NCBI RefSeq assembly: GCF_963921235.1
Contig: NC_086107.1
Coordinates: 110,610,001-110,674,000, forward strand
Direction: 5' to 3'
Length of the DNA: 64,000 bases
Source of the DNA: Mobula hypostoma
Taxonomy: Eukaryota
Part shown: positions 36,051 to 49,492 of the stretch, piece after piece
Numbering within the stretch: position 1 is the first letter of the stretch
Layout of the letters: each line of letters starts with the position of its first letter
Position numbers and translations under genes: made by a program
Notes under the pieces: model-generated
Seen by the model: the letters and a program-made list of their open reading frames with translations, nothing else
Databases searched by the model: none
Told to the model about the DNA's origin: nothing

Positions 36051-36902
36051 TATGCTATGGAAGTCAATATTTTTAATATATTCATCAAGGAATGTGGGCT
36101 TCGCAGGCTGAGCCTGCGTTTAACTGCCAATCTCTAGATGCCCTTGGGAAGGCAGTGGTGAGATGGCGTTCCGAACTTCTTGCACCATGGCCTGGTGTGG
36201 TAACACCAACGCCCAGGGACAGCAACGACTACCGAAAATACTGGATACAGCCTGGTCCGTGACAGGCAAAATGCTCCCCCGACCCCACTGAGTACTTTCA
36301 CATGGAGCACAAACGCAAGGGAGCAGCATCCACCATCAAAGACCCCCACCATCCAGGCCACGCCCTCCTCCCGCTACTGCCATCGGGCAGGAGGTACAGA
36401 AGCCAAACGACTTCGCGGCCAGGCTGCAACACACAATGCCTCCAGTCACGCACGGCGCAAGGCACATATAAGATAGCAAGCTCATCGAAGAAACAAGAGA
36501 AAATCTGCAGATGCTAGAAATCTGAGCAACGCATACAAAATCCTGGAGGAGCTCAGCAGGCTAGGTAGCATCTGTGGAAAAAAGTACAGTCGATGTTTCA
36601 GGCCGAAACCTTTCAGCAGGACTAGTCATATAAGCTCATATAAGATATCAGTAAAATACAATCACACAAAAAAAAATCCAAGACCCTGAGTCCATTAATG
36701 TTGCAGCAGTCTGCAGTGAAACACAGGTCATGTATAGTTTTACATACAGTTCTATTGTATTTCTTTTTTGCTGTAAATGCCTGTAAAAAATTAATCTTAA
36801 GATAGAATATGGTAATACATTTATACTTTGATAATAAATTTATTTTGAACTTTGAAGATTGATTATGTTAGATTAGCTTTCATTGTCATATGTACATTGC
36901 AG

Positions 36903-37390
36903 TGCAGTGTAGGTTCACAAGGTTAATTCCCGGGATGGCGGGACTGTCAGATATTGAAAGATTGGAGCGACTGGGCTTGTATACTCTGGAATTTAGAAGG
37001 CTGAGAGGGGATCTTATTGAAACATATAAGATTATTAAGGGATTGGACATGCTGGAGGCAGGAAGCATGTTCCCGCTGATGGGTGAGTCCAGAACCAGAG
37101 GCCACAGTTTAAGAATAAGGGGTAGGCCATTTAGAACGGAGTTGAGGAAAAACTTTTTCACCCAGAGCGTGGTGGATATATGGAATGCTCTGCCCCAGAA
37201 GGATGTGGAGGCCAAGTCTCTGGATGCTTTCAAGAAAGAGATGGATAGAGCTCTTAAAGATAGTGGAATCAAAGGTTATGGGGATAAGGCAGGAAATGGA
37301 TACTGATTGTGGATGATCAGCCATGATCACAGTGAATGGCAGTGCTGGCTCGAAGGGCCGAATGGCCTACTCCTGCACCTATTGTCTATA
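36903..37390 (+). mobile_element. Young CR1 3' fragment
   Basis: Open frame RFTRLIPGMAGLS..ERLERLGLYTLEFRRLRGDLIETYKI...GIKGYGDKAG; intact 3' hairpin and tail. Confidence 0.92.
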
Positions 37391-37883
37391 AGTCAACGGC
37401 AGATCACTTCTGTAGAATTTGCCAAGAAGAGTCATGGTCAAAGGCCATGATCGCCCACGCTGTATGACATGGCACATAAAGATAATGATGATGACGTTGA
37501 TCCATCAAAACATAGAGTGAAATGCAAATGCGTTAACGAGAAACACCATCGGAGAGATGCTGGGCAAGTGAACCATGCTTCCGGCACCAACAGAGCAAGC
37601 CCACAGCTTGCTAACCCTATCTTGCATGTCTTTGGAGTATGGGACGGAAACAGAGCACCTGAAAGAAACCTACAAGTCATGTGGAGAACGTACGGTGGTG
37701 GGAATGAATCCTGATCACTGATTACTGCTGCCGTAAAGCACTACACTAACCATTATGCACCGAGCCGTCTTTCTGAGATGTGGGGATGCTTATGATACTG
37801 TCAGGGAGGGAGTGGTAGGATTTTGACTGAGTGATGGTGAAGATATAGCAATGAATTTACTAGAAGGGATGGTGTGTTGCAAA

Positions 37884-38443
37884 TACGCTTAGTGGCTGCT
37901 TTATTAGGTACATTCTGTACACCTGCTCGTTAATGCAAATTTACAATCAGCCAACCATGTGGCAGCAACTCAAACTACAAAAGCATGCAGACATGGTCAA
38001 GAGGCTCAGTTGTTGTCAGACCAATCATCAGAATGGGGGAAGAAATGTGATCTAAGTGACTTTGGCTGTGGAATGATTGTTGGTGCCAGATGGGGTGGTT
38101 TGGGTATCTCAGAAACTGCTGACCTCCTGAGATTTTCACACACAACAGTCTCTAGAGTTTACAGAGGATGGTGTGAGAAACAAAAAACATCCAGTGTACG
38201 GCAGTTTTGTGGGTGAAAACATCTTATTAATGAGAGAGGTCAGAGGAGAATGGCCAGACTGGTTCAAGCTGATAGGAAGGTGACAGTAACTCAAATAACC
38301 ACATGTTACAACAGTGATGTACAGAAGAGCATCTCTGAACGCACAACACCTCGAACCTGAAAGTGGATGGGCTACAGCAGCAGAAGACCACGAGCATACA
38401 CTCAGTGGCCACTTTATTAAGTACAAGAGGTACCAAGTAAAGT
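37884..38443 (+). mobile_element. Tc1/mariner non-autonomous derivative, copy 2
   Basis: GKKCDLSDFGCGMIVGARWGGLGISETADLLRFSHTTVSRVYRGWCEKQKTSS; terminal-repeat-like CACTCAGTGGCCACTTTATT. Confidence 0.85.
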
Positions 38444-38884
38444 TAATTTCCTTGAAGAGATGCTGTGTTGGAAATGCATCACTGCTCCTTAACCATCGCA
38501 AGGTCCTGGGACACTCCTAACAAAATTTTGAGGATTAAAAGATTTCCAGGCCAGATAGTAATCATTGAGCATTCGTGTTCAGATGAATGTTAGTATCGTT
38601 CTAACTGAATCGCAAAGTATGAGGTCACAGTGTACAATTATAAAGCCAACGACATTGTGGCTTTTACTTTAAGAAGGCTGTAGTGGAACAGTAGGAAGAT
38701 ATGCTATGGAGGTGTAAGGCTTTAGTGAGATCCCACCTGGATATTGGACGTATTATTTGGACTCCTACTCTCAGGAGAAGTAAAGTTGATTTGGAGGTAG
38801 TGGCTTGACAGTTTGATGTGCGGTATGGATGATTTGAATGATCCCTGTGCTCCGGGGTTAGAGGAATGAAAGGTGAAGCATAAT

Positions 38885-39240
38885 AGTGCGACCACTAAAG
38901 TCGAGTATGATGTTCTTCCAAGGAGTTATTCCCTGAGTAGAGAATGCCTGGCGTGATTCTGTTTAACGTGAGGAGACCACACTGTCCTTTACAGATCAGG
39001 GTTAGAGTCCAGTGCATGGAGTGCAAGACGACTGGGGACCCTTCACTGCTACAGTCTTGCACCCTCACTACCATGGTGATGTGTCAGCATCTTCTGCCAC
39101 CTTCACTGTTGAAATCTTGTTTGGATCGCTGTTTGTCTGGATCGTCCTCCTTGACGTTACTCCAAAGGTGACCCTACCAGAAGCTAAGCTCCTGACGGCA
39201 ATGCTCTGGGAATCTCAGGAACTCACAAGCTTCTCAGCGA
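38885..39240. mobile_element. Unclassified interspersed repeat (possibly RTE-related); copies at ~39690-39850 and ~55630-55910
   Basis: Shared CAGATCAGG...GTCCAGT.GCA.GGAGTGCAAGAC...TGGG.ACCCTTCACTGCT in three places. Confidence 0.6.
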
Positions 39241-40939
39241 TTATATGCAAAGAAGCTAGTTACTCCTTTCCCTGCCTTGTGGCGCATCAGAAACACCTTG
39301 CCGCTACTTTAGCATTTTGTCTGGTTTTTTTAGCTCGACGCTCAACCCAGCACGGATGGAAAGCATGCAAGGAGCAGGCCTGGGATCACTCGCCTCGAAG
39401 TCTGTTGCTGATGCCCCAACACCGCCAGCCAGCTGCTCAAGAAGCTTACTGAGGCAGAACTGATTGGCATGAGTGGTTGTCTGTGTCAGTCAGAGAGCAA
39501 GCTGGGCAGGCGTGGTCTCGTCATAAGGATCTGAGCTTAGAAGGACGTCCTTCCCCCAGAGGACAGTGAGTTGGGAAACCTTTACCCCGGAGAATGGTGA
39601 ATGCTGAGACAATGAATAAAGCAAAGGTGGAGGTCGATAGATTTCTTTGGCATCCAAGGAATATGGGGATCATGGTGGAATGTGGAGCTGCGTATGATGT
39701 TTCCCCAAGGAGTTATTCCCTCAATGGAGAATTCCTGCGCATAAGTTTGTTTAACGTGGAGAGGCTGATGCAAGGCAGTCCTTGGCAGATCAGTGTCAGG
39801 TCCAGTAGCATAGAATGCAACACTTCTGGGGACCCTTCTCTGCTGTAGCCTTCTTCCGCCTTCACCACCTTTGCGATGACTGAGCTGAACTGAGTATGCC
39901 TGGACCCTTTCGATGACTTTGTGATTTGGTGTTTTATATTCTGTGTTTTTCTCGCTCTTTTTTTTTGCTGTTTGTGCAATTTGTTTTTTTTTTGCATGTT
40001 GGGGCTTTGATGTTTTTCTATGAACGGGTTCCAGGGTTTTCTTGGTTTCGTGGCTGTCTGTGGAAAGATGAATCTCAGGGTTGTATACTGCATACACGTG
40101 TTGATAACAAGTGAATCTCCGAGGGACGTGATTGAATGGCAGGGCGGACTCAAGGAGCCGCGTGGATGACTCCTGCTCCTTTTTAAGCCCAAACTTCATT
40201 CCCGTCCAAGGATAAGGTTTTCTGACGAACAGCAGTGGGGTGGATGGGGTGGAGGGAGGAACTTGACTTTTTTCGCTGTTGTTGCCTTGTTGCCTGGCAT
40301 GTTCTGCTTTGTTGCGTTCCGTGTTGTTCTACTGAGTGTGGCGGGCATGCGCTTCTGCCGCCAGAATGTGCAGCTACCCTCACGGCTGCCCCCAGCGCAA
40401 CTTTGAGTCCGTTGGTTGTGAGCGCAAACGACTCATTTCACCGTATGTTTCGATGCATGTGTGATAACTAAATCTAAATTGAATCTAATTTAAATGTAAA
40501 CTTTTTACACACAGGATGGTGGGTGCGTGGGAAACACCGCCGGGGAGGCAGATACATCGGGGACAATTGAATAGGCACATGGATGATAGAAAAACGGATA
40601 GGGTTAGATTGATTGTAGAAAAGGTTAAAAGGCTGGCACAACATCATGATCCAAAGGCCTGTTTGGTGCAGTAACTTTCTGTGTACTATGTTTTATCTGA
40701 TATACAGGGAATCTTTTAATCCCTACCAAACCCCAGTAAATTTAATTACCGGGTGCTTTTCACATTGCCTGTCGGCCACAGTAATTACATCTCTAAGCAA
40801 CCTTACAAGGATGTAAAGTGCTGTGGGATTCCCTAAGATATGAAAGGTATCATACTCCTAGCGACTGCACAGAAACAGGCCCTTCTGCCCATCTAGTCCC
40901 TGGTGACCATTATCCTACATTTATCTAATTTATTTTTAC

Positions 40940-41970
40940 TTAAAGTCAAAGTAAAATTTATTAACAAAGTACGATTATATTATCATATAATACGTTGAGA
41001 TTCATTTTCTTGCGGCATTTACTTGAAAATAAATGCAATAGGATTTATGTCAAATATACATAAACTGACGAATAACCAGGGTGCAAAAGAAGACAAATTA
41101 ACACCAAGAGCATGAATTGTGGAGTCGTTGAAAGTGAGTTGGTAGGTTGTGGGATCAGTCCAGTGTTGAGGTGAGTGAAGTTATCCACAGCTGATGGTTG
41201 ATGGGTAATAACTGTTCCTAAACCTGGTGGTGTGGGGCCTAAGGCTTCTGTACCTCCTGCCCTGTGGTAGTAGCGAGAAGAGAGCATGGCCTGGATGGTG
41301 GCATTGTTTAACGATGGAAGGGTTGCTTCATGTGTCAGAGCTCTGTGTAAATGTATTCAGTGGTGGGAGGGCTTTGCCTGGTGGTATTCCCTCCACGTCC
41401 TTGCCTCCAGTCTCTATCATAACCCATTCATGAGGGGTAATTTACAGTCACCAATTAACCCAATGAGGGGTGGGTCTTTAGGATGTTCAAAGTAAATTTA
41501 TTATCAAAGTACATATACAATTCTGAGATTCATTTTCCTGTGGCCATTCACATTAAATACAAGAAACACGACAGAATCAGTGAAAGACTGCACCCAACAG
41601 AACAGACAGACTATCAATGTACTGTGCACGATGTACAATGCACAACAAACTGTGCAAAGACAAAAACAAATAAATTAATAATAATAAATAAGCAATAAAT
41701 ATTGAGAACATGTGATGAAAAAATTCCTTGAAAGTGGGTCCATAGGTTGTGATGGGGAGAGTGAAGTTAAGTGAAGTTATCCCCTCTAGTTCTGGAGCCT
41801 GATGGCTGAGGGGTGATAACTGTTCCTGAACCCGGTGGTGAGTCCTGAGGCTCTTGTATATCCTTCCTGATGGCAGCAGCGAGAAGAGAGCACAGCTTGG
41901 ATGATGGAAGTCCTTGATGTTGGATGCTGCTTTCTTGTGTCAGCACTCTATGTAGCTGTGCTCAGTGGAG
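40940..41970 (-). mobile_element. Two tandem Rex1-like 3' ends
   Basis: AGCCTGATGG.TGAGGGG.A.TAACTGTTCCT.AACC.GGTGG...GCAGCAGCGAGAAGAGAGCA occurs twice. Confidence 0.75.
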
Positions 41971-42392
41971 GGAAGTCCCTGAGACCCAATGGACTGTGAC
42001 TCCTGTACCTCCTTCCCCTGGCACCAGCGAGAAGAGAGTGTGGCCAGGATGGTGGGTGTGGAGGCCAAATCTCACAAGAAAAACCCATGAGGTCACAGGG
42101 AGAAGATGCAAATTCCCAGGGTCAGGCTTGAATCTGGTCACTGGCGACACTGTCTACTTTTTTACAGACTGTTATGTAGCTATGGGAAGATGAACAGGTT
42201 AAATTAGATTGAGAAATTGGATTAAGAGATTTACTGGATAAGCTGTGTTAAGCATTTAGCTATTCCAATGACGATGCAACTGAGCAAGATATTAACCGAA
42301 TTCAGCCGCCTTGGATTGTTCAATCCCCTTTTAGATGTTGCATAATCTTTGGTGGGCCCATCTTGGTAATTAAGAATGTCTTTATTTTCACT

Positions 42393-42530
42393 AGCTGGCT
42401 GGTGGCGTAGTGGCATCAGCGCCAGACTTTGGAGCTGAAGGATCCTGAGTTCGAATCCAGCCGGCTCCCTTGCACACTTTCCATCCGTGCTGGGTTGAGT
42501 GTTGAGTTAGCAACTTGGCTTCGTAAAAAT
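42393..42530 (+). mobile_element. tRNA-derived SINE with Pol III A and B boxes
   Basis: TGGCGTAGTGG (A box) and GAGTTCGAATCC (B box); copies at ~45600-45805 (+) and ~39260-39432 (-). Confidence 0.8.
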
Positions 42531-42709
42531 AATGGCGTCCTGATGACTCCAGTCGGAGTTAAGGGCTTTCTTCTTATTATTATTTTTACTATGGATTCTG
42601 TTGACAAGTTGTATTTTCCTGTGGTTGGGGTATGGTTGAAGACTCCAGTGTTGCCTGAAACCTTGTAGGTATGTGCCACCTCTAGGGTACTAGCCATGTC
42701 TGTATTGCC

Positions 42710-43090
42710 ATAGGAGTGGAATTTGGCCCATCATGTCTGCTCTGCCACCCCATCATGGCTGATTTACTATCCCTCTCAACCCATTCTCCTGCCTTTTCCC
42801 TGTAACCTTTGACGCCCCTTAATAATCAAGAATCTATCAACCTCTGCTTTAAATATACCCAGTGACTTGGCCTCCACAGCTGTCCGTGGCAATCAATTCA
42901 ACATATTCAGCACCCTCTGGTGAAAGCAGTTCCTCCTCATCTCTGTCCTAAAGGGATGTCTTTCTATTCTGAGGGTATGCCCTCTGGTCCTAGACTTCCT
43001 CCTTTATAGGAAACATGCACTTCCACTCTAACTAGGGTTTCAACATTTGGTAGGTTTCAATGAGATCACCCCTCATTCTTCTAAACTCTA
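42710..43090 (-). mobile_element. CR1 3' fragment (non-amplified counterpart of the satellite source)
   Basis: Contains a single CCCTCTGGTCCTAGACT..C...TATAGGAAACAT...CCACTCTA unit in normal CR1 context. Confidence 0.85.
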
Positions 43091-43424
43091 GGTTTCACCC
43101 TGGAGTTAGTGGGTGGAATTCCATTGTGTATTTGTGGGGTTTTAGCTTCTATTTCAGACTCTGATTTAATTTTCTAGTGATCAATTTTGTTTGTCATTAT
43201 TTTGAGGTATGTCTGAAATGGTGAGTCTAGCTCAGCAGGATTTAATCAATGCTCTATAACCTTCTGTATCATCAATCTGTTTCCCTCAACCTTCGTACTT
43301 AAACAGTTGTAGTGCTAATATAATACCCAATCATATGCTTCATAATTTCCCTGAAGCCATTTCAACTTATTTCCCTCTCCTTGGCCAATTATACCAACTG
43401 TTTTAGTTTGTAGATCCATAATTA

Positions 43425-44225
43425 CACTGGACAACAATTTTTTTTCAAGGCTTTGCTTCCTAAGAATTTCTCTTTGTTTATGATGGACTGCTTGAAGCTG
43501 AACACAAAAATAACTTCATACTGCGGGTATCACGTAGGAATTTGGAGAAACAAAAAATTAACTTCTATTGAATATAATGTGTTTTGCACAATGGTGCTGC
43601 CCGTTTGCAATAGTTCTGCAAAGCTAGAAATGTTTTGTTGATGATTTTCATTTGTACTCAGTGTCTGAGGCTTTTCGTTAAGTGTCCAACAATAATCAGC
43701 CAGCACTGATGGATTCCAGTTGCCCTGACACCGTTTCTCCATGACCGCAATGTCCTGGTGAAACCTTTTACCATGCTCATCACTGACAGTGCCAGGATTT
43801 ACAGGGAAGAAGTCTAAATGGGAATGCAGAAAATGAATCCTCAGTGACATGTTGCACTTCATGGTTTTGTATGCCTGAAATATGTTGTCAACCAGCTGCA
43901 CATAGTTTAGTGCTCTGTATTTGCCAAAAAAATTTCAGCAACATCTTTGAATGGCTTCTGTGCGATTTTTCTCTGGTCCTATTAGAAGTTCTTCAAATTG
44001 CCTGTCTTTGATGACCTGTTTGATTTGTGGACCAACAAAAATGCCTTCCTTAATCTTACCATCAGTTATTCTGATTTGAATTATGAATTGAAGTAACAAA
44101 TATAGGCAATTTCATAAAACTGGTGTGTGATAGGGAAATTTCATGGTGATTTTCATGATCAGCAGCCCCAAATCCATAAGATATACCTAAAAGTATTCAG
44201 GAAACAAAATCTTTGTTGTTCAGTG
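43425..44225 (-). mobile_element. Chapaev3-like (CMC) DNA transposon, internally deleted, both ends present
   Basis: TIRs CACTGGACAACAA ... TTGTTGTTCAGTG; transposase C-terminus KIKEGIFVGPQI and CNMSLRIHFLHSHLDFFP.N.G.VSDEHG.RFHQDI..MEKR.QG.W....LADYCW. Confidence 0.8.
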
Positions 44226-44509
44226 TAATTAGAACATTCTAAATTTGTTTAAGTTGACCCTTCTACTTCCTTCAGCTCTGTCTAACCAAAGAAGTGGCCA
44301 ATTTGAACCTCCAAATTCTCAGAGGAAATTCTATTTTACTCCTGAAGGTAATCTGGTTGCTATGGTGATTTTTCACTTGCAGTGTATCTTCCAACACACA
44401 GCCTTTAAATCTTTAGGTTTAAGTCACATTGTTATGGCTTTCTATTATCCCCATTGCTGTACAAAACCTAATTGTCTCATTGTATTAGCATTTTGTTCTG
44501 AGTTACGAA

Positions 44510-44832
44510 TACACTCAGTGGCCACTTTATTAGGTAAACTTGTACACCTGCTCGTTAATGCAAATATCTACTCAGCCAATTGCATGGCAGCAACTCTGTG
44601 CATAAAAGCATGCAGACATGGTCAAGAGGTTCAGCTGGTGTTCAGACCAAACATCAGAATGGGGAAGAAATGTGATCTAAGTGACGTTGACTATATGGAA
44701 TGATTGTTGGTGCCAGATGGGGTGGTTTGAGTATCTCAGAAACTGATGATCTCCTGGGATTTTCATGCATAGTGGTCTCTAGAGTTTACAGAGAATGGTT
44801 GCGAAAAACAAAAAAAAACCTCCAGTAAGTGG
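44510..44832 (+). mobile_element. Tc1/mariner derivative, copy 3 (left part)
   Basis: TA-CACTCAGTGGCCACTTTATTAGGTA left end; MGKKCDLSD transposase start. Confidence 0.85.
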
Positions 44833-45119
44833 ATGTTATAAGGGGGAAGAGGCCCAATAAAGCCAGCTAATTGACTTTGATAACAACAGGTGAGAGATAT
44901 ATGTTGGTCAGGACTTTGGGAGAGTTCAGTTGTCTCTTGAGCAATGCTGTGGTCCTTCTTGGCCCAGGGGTTTGTGTGCTATGTGTGTACGGGTGTGAGA
45001 GATGGGGCTGGGATAAATTTTCTCAGATCTACTCTTAACTGCTGCGTAACTGAGGATGAATTAAAGAGGCGGTGTCGTGGGCAGTCAAATTGAAGTGTTA
45101 AAAGGGATCAGAGCTTTAC

Positions 45120-46056
45120 TCAAATTTCGAAGTTTGAACTTCAGGGTAAGTTTATTATCAGAGTACATATATGTCACAAAGTACAACCCTAAGATTTGTT
45201 TTCTTGCAGGCATTCAGAGTAGAATAAAGAAGTACAATAGAATCAATCAAAACCAACACACGCAAAGAATGACAAATTGTGCAAATACAACCAAGTATGT
45301 AAATAAATAATTAGAGAGCATGGATTGTAGGGTCCTTTAAAATGAACCTATAGGTAATGTTCAGTGATCATTTCGGTGTTGTGGTGAGAGAAGGGGTCCA
45401 TGCTGGTTCAGGAGCCTGATGGTTGAAGGGTAGTAACTTAGACTTCAGTGTTCCTCACCTTCAAAAGGCGATGTCTCAAAAAGGCGGCAACCATTATTAA
45501 GGACTCCCACCACCCAGGAGATGCCTTTTTCTCATTACTACCATCAAGAGCCTGAAGGCACACACTGAATGTTTCGGAAACAGCTTTCTCCCCCCCTCTG
45601 CCGGCTAGTGGTCCCAGTGGCATCAGCACCAGACTTCGAGGCAACTGGTCCTGGGTTTGAACCTGGCCGGCTCCTTGCACGCTTTCCATCCGTGCTGGGT
45701 TGAGCGTCAATCTACCGACTCAGCCTCGTACAAAACAGGCGAAACGCTAAAGAAACAGCAAGATTGCAGCCCGATGAGCCACGAGGCGCGGAGAGGAATT
45801 ACTAATACTTCTCCTCCTCCTCCATTAGATTCCTGAATGGACACCGAATCCATGAACACAATATTTTTGAATCAAAATTTTTAACAAATCAATGTTCTTT
45901 CCCTCTCTTTTGCACTGCTTATTTAATTTAATTTTTATATATACATACGTCATATTGTAATTTATCGCTTTTTATATTATTATGTATTGCTATGTACTGC
46001 TGCCACACAACAAGTTTCATGGAATATGCCAGTGTTATTAAACTTGATTCCGATTC
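45120..46056. mobile_element. Adjacent minus- and plus-strand Rex1-like 3' ends, with a SINE nested at ~45600-45805
   Basis: 3'UTR motifs in opposite orientation; FKRRCLKKAATIIKDSHHPGDAFFSLLPS. Confidence 0.7.
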
Positions 46057-47287
46057 TGGCTACTGGCTGCCTCAGGTGAGGACACGTGGCCAGACTGTCT
46101 GGAGCATAAAGTTGTTCACCCCCTGCTTTCTGTGCCCAGGTAGTGACAGAGTAATGAAGTGACAAGCTGTTCTTTTATTTGCTCTAATCGGCCTGATCAC
46201 GCGATATAATTTCATTGCCGAGCTCCCTGCTCCCTGACCAGCTGTCAGAGAGGGGACGTAGCCGGGTGGTGGAAGGTGGGGGGGGTGGGGAATCTGGGAT
46301 TTGTCGTCAGCCTCCTGCAAGCACCTCACTGGCACCTAGTAAGAGCCTTCATCCAAATCCCTTTCTCTCCTCTTCTTCTGCTTCAATCTCCTGAACCGCC
46401 GTGGATAACGTTACTCACCTCAACACTAAACTGATTCTACAACTTTGAGACCCACTCTCAAGGACTCTATGACTCATGATCTCAGTGTTATTAATCAATT
46501 GATTGATTAATTAACTCACAATTTATTTATTTGACTATTTTTTTTTTGTATTTGCAATTTGTCTTCTTCTGCGCTTTGGTTGTCAGTCTATTGTATTTCT
46601 TTGTTCTGCTGTGAATGCCTGTGAGGGAATGAAGCTCAGGACATATCTTGATAACGAATTTGCTTTGAACTTTGAACTTTGGTCGCCAGCCGCCCAGATG
46701 CCAAGCACCGCGTCGCAGGGATCGTCCCAACAAAAAACCTGGAACGCCACTTCCACATGGAACTGTGTGACAATCCTCCTCCATGCTGGGAGCTTGAATG
46801 TCGGAATTTCACATGCTGCGTCTTAGTGTCAGCAGTCAATTGCCTCTTGTTAGATGGTATTAATTTGTGTTTCTCAGTGACCAACTTATTGCTTTTTTTT
46901 GTACACAGCGCATATTGAGTCTGTCACTGCACTGTATTTGCTGTTAAGTTGTGTCACTCAGGGAGCTACTGCTTAGGTTACGTACCAGCTAATATATTAT
47001 AAATGTGTTAAACCTCTCAACTTCGGTAGCCACACTTGCTCTAACATGGCACACTTAACTCAGGACGAGGAAGCTAATGATTCTTGCTCATAAATCCCTG
47101 TGTGTATGTAGGTCTGTCTCTCTCACTGCTTCCAGAAGTAGTTCAGTCCCTCAGACTCATTCCAATCTTTAGTGAGATTTTTGCCAATCAGTATCTAACT
47201 TCCTCTTCCTTGAACCCAACTCTGTCCACTCTTGAGGGTTTCTTTTGACCCTCTTCGACCTTGGCCTTTTGCGGGAAATTCCAGGTT

Positions 47288-47830
47288 TCAGAATCAGGCT
47301 TAATATCGCGGGCACGCGTTGTGAAATTTGTTGTTTTGTGGCAGCAGCACACAATAATAAAAACTATAAGTTACAATAAGAAGTTTATATATAAAATGAA
47401 AATTAAATTAAATAATTAGTGCAGAAGCGAGGAAAAAGTACTGAGCAACACACACAAAATGCTGGTGGAATGCAGCATCTGAGGTTGTCTTCATGGGTTC
47501 ATTGTCCTTTCAGAAACCTGATGGCAGAGGGGAAGAAGCTGTTCCTGAAGTGTTGGGTGAGTGTCTTCAGGCTCCTGTACCTCCTTCCTGGTTGGTAGCA
47601 GTGAGAAGATGGCACATCCTGGGTGGTGGGGGTCCTGAATGATGGATGCCGCCTTTTTGAGGCATTGCCTTTTGAAGATGTCCTGGCGTCTGGGAAGACT
47701 AGTACCCGTGATGGAGCTGGCTGAGTTTACAACTTACTGCAGCTTTTTCAGATGCTGTGCTGTGCCCCCCCACCCGTGCCAGTTGGTGATGCAACCAACT
47801 AGAACGCTCTCCACGGCAAATCCGTACCAT
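47288..47830 (-). mobile_element. Rex1-like 3' fragment
   Basis: (TCTGA)n tail; QDIFKRQCLKKAASIIQDPHHPG in reverse. Confidence 0.8.
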
Positions 47831-48174
47831 CGCCCCTTTGTGTGGGAAAATCACTTCCCAATTTCCTTCCGAAGTACCTTTACCGAACGTTATTATCCCC
47901 ATTTTTTCTGCTTTGAGGAGATTTGTTTTGATGTTTCTGGCTTACTGAATCCCTATAAATACCTTGATTACACCAACACTCAATCAATTCAGTTTCAGGG
48001 AAGGCAAAGCAGACTCAGGGAAACTCAGCTTCATAATTTCACCCTTCAAGTCTGGGCATTACTAGTTGAAGAATGCGGAGAATGAGAGGAAATTTTATAG
48101 ACATGAACACAGTTATGAGGGGTATAGATAGGGTAAAAGTAAGCAAGCTTTTTCCGTTGAGGTTGAGTGAGACT

Positions 48175-48962
48175 GGAATGGGCCTAATCTCAAACAGTAA
48201 CGAGGTGGTCTACAGGGAAGAAGTCATCTCTCTGACACAGTGGTGTCAAGAAAACAACCTCTCCCTCAACATCACAAAAACAAAGGAGCTGGTTGTAGAT
48301 TACAGGAGGAATGGAGAGAAGCTAGCCCCTATTGACATCAATGGATGTGGGTTTGAGAAGGTAAACAGCTTTAAGTTCCTCGGCATCCACATCACCGAGG
48401 ACCTCACGTGGTCTGTACACACCAGCTGTACACAGAACAGCGCCTCTTTCACCTCAGACGGTTGAGGAAGTTTGGTATGGGCCCCCAGATCCTAAGAACA
48501 CTCTACAGGGGCACAGTTGAGAGCATCACTGCCTGGTATGGGAACTGTACCTCCCTTAAATGCAGGACTCTGCAGAGATTAGTGCGGACAGCCCAGTGCA
48601 TCTGTAGTCGTGAACTTCCCATGATTCAGGACATTTACAAAGACAGGTGTGAGAAAAGGGCCCAAAGGATCATTGGGGACCCGAGTTCACCCCAACCACA
48701 ATCTATTCCAGCTGCTACCATCCGGGAAACGGTACCGCAGCATAAAAGCCAGGACCAACAGGTTCTGGGACAGCTTCTTCCACCAGGCCATCAGACTGAT
48801 TAATTCACACTGATTTGAGTGTATTTCTGTGTTACGTTGACTGTTCTATTTATTATAAATTACTATGATTGCACATTGCACATTTAAACAGAGATGTAAC
48901 ATGAAGGTTTTTACTCATATGTGTGAAGGATGTAAGAAATAAAGTCAGTTCAATTCAATTCA
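48175..48962 (+). mobile_element. Rex1/Babar-like LINE, 5'-truncated, inserted in a CR1 3' end (~48065-48175 and ~48962-49200)
   Basis: YREEVISLTQWCQENNLSLNITKTKELVVDYRR...FKFLGIHITEDLTWS; RLFHLRRLRKFG; (TTCAA)n tail. Confidence 0.9.
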
Positions 48963-49492
48963 GGGTGAAAGGTTTAAAGTTTAATGGGAAAAGCTTCTTC
49001 ACTCAGAGGGTGTGCAAGTGTGGAACGAGCTGCCAGCAGAAGTGGTGGATGGGGATCTGATTTCAGCATTTAAGTGAAATTTGGATAGGAACATGACTGG
49101 AAGGGTTATGGGGGTTATGGTCTGCGTGCAGGTCATTGGGGCTAGGCAGTTTAATAGTTCGGGACTATCTAGACGGCCTATGCTACAGTATTCTAGGAAT
49201 CAATGATTCTAACTTCTGGCAGAAATCTAGTTAATTAATGTAAGCTGTATCCCTTTCAATGTTGATGCATCGTTGTGGAGATACTGTGTTTAAAACGAAA
49301 ACTTACTTACAGATGGCAGGGTTCTTGCACTGTGGAGGAACAGAGGGATCGTGGGGTCCATGTTCAAAGATCCCTCAAAGTTGCTGCGTAAGTCGATAGG
49401 GTGGTTAAGAAGGTTAATGGTGGTTTGGCTTTCATTAGCCAGGGGACTGAGTTCACGAGTTGTAAGTTAACATTGTAACTCCACAAAACTCT

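Noticed and set aside
39582..40199. 205-aa and 159-aa minus-strand ORFs
   Set aside because: They cross a patchwork of CR1, Rex1 3'UTR and another repeat; the K-rich part is the reverse of a poly-T UTR tract.
42393..42470. Functional tRNA gene
   Set aside because: A and B boxes are present, but the sequence continues into a body shared with other dispersed copies, so it is a SINE head.
42540..42566. Hammerhead-like CTGATGA-CTCC-AGTC-GGAG
   Set aside because: The required GAAA after stem II is absent (TTAAG) and no stem I or III is evident.
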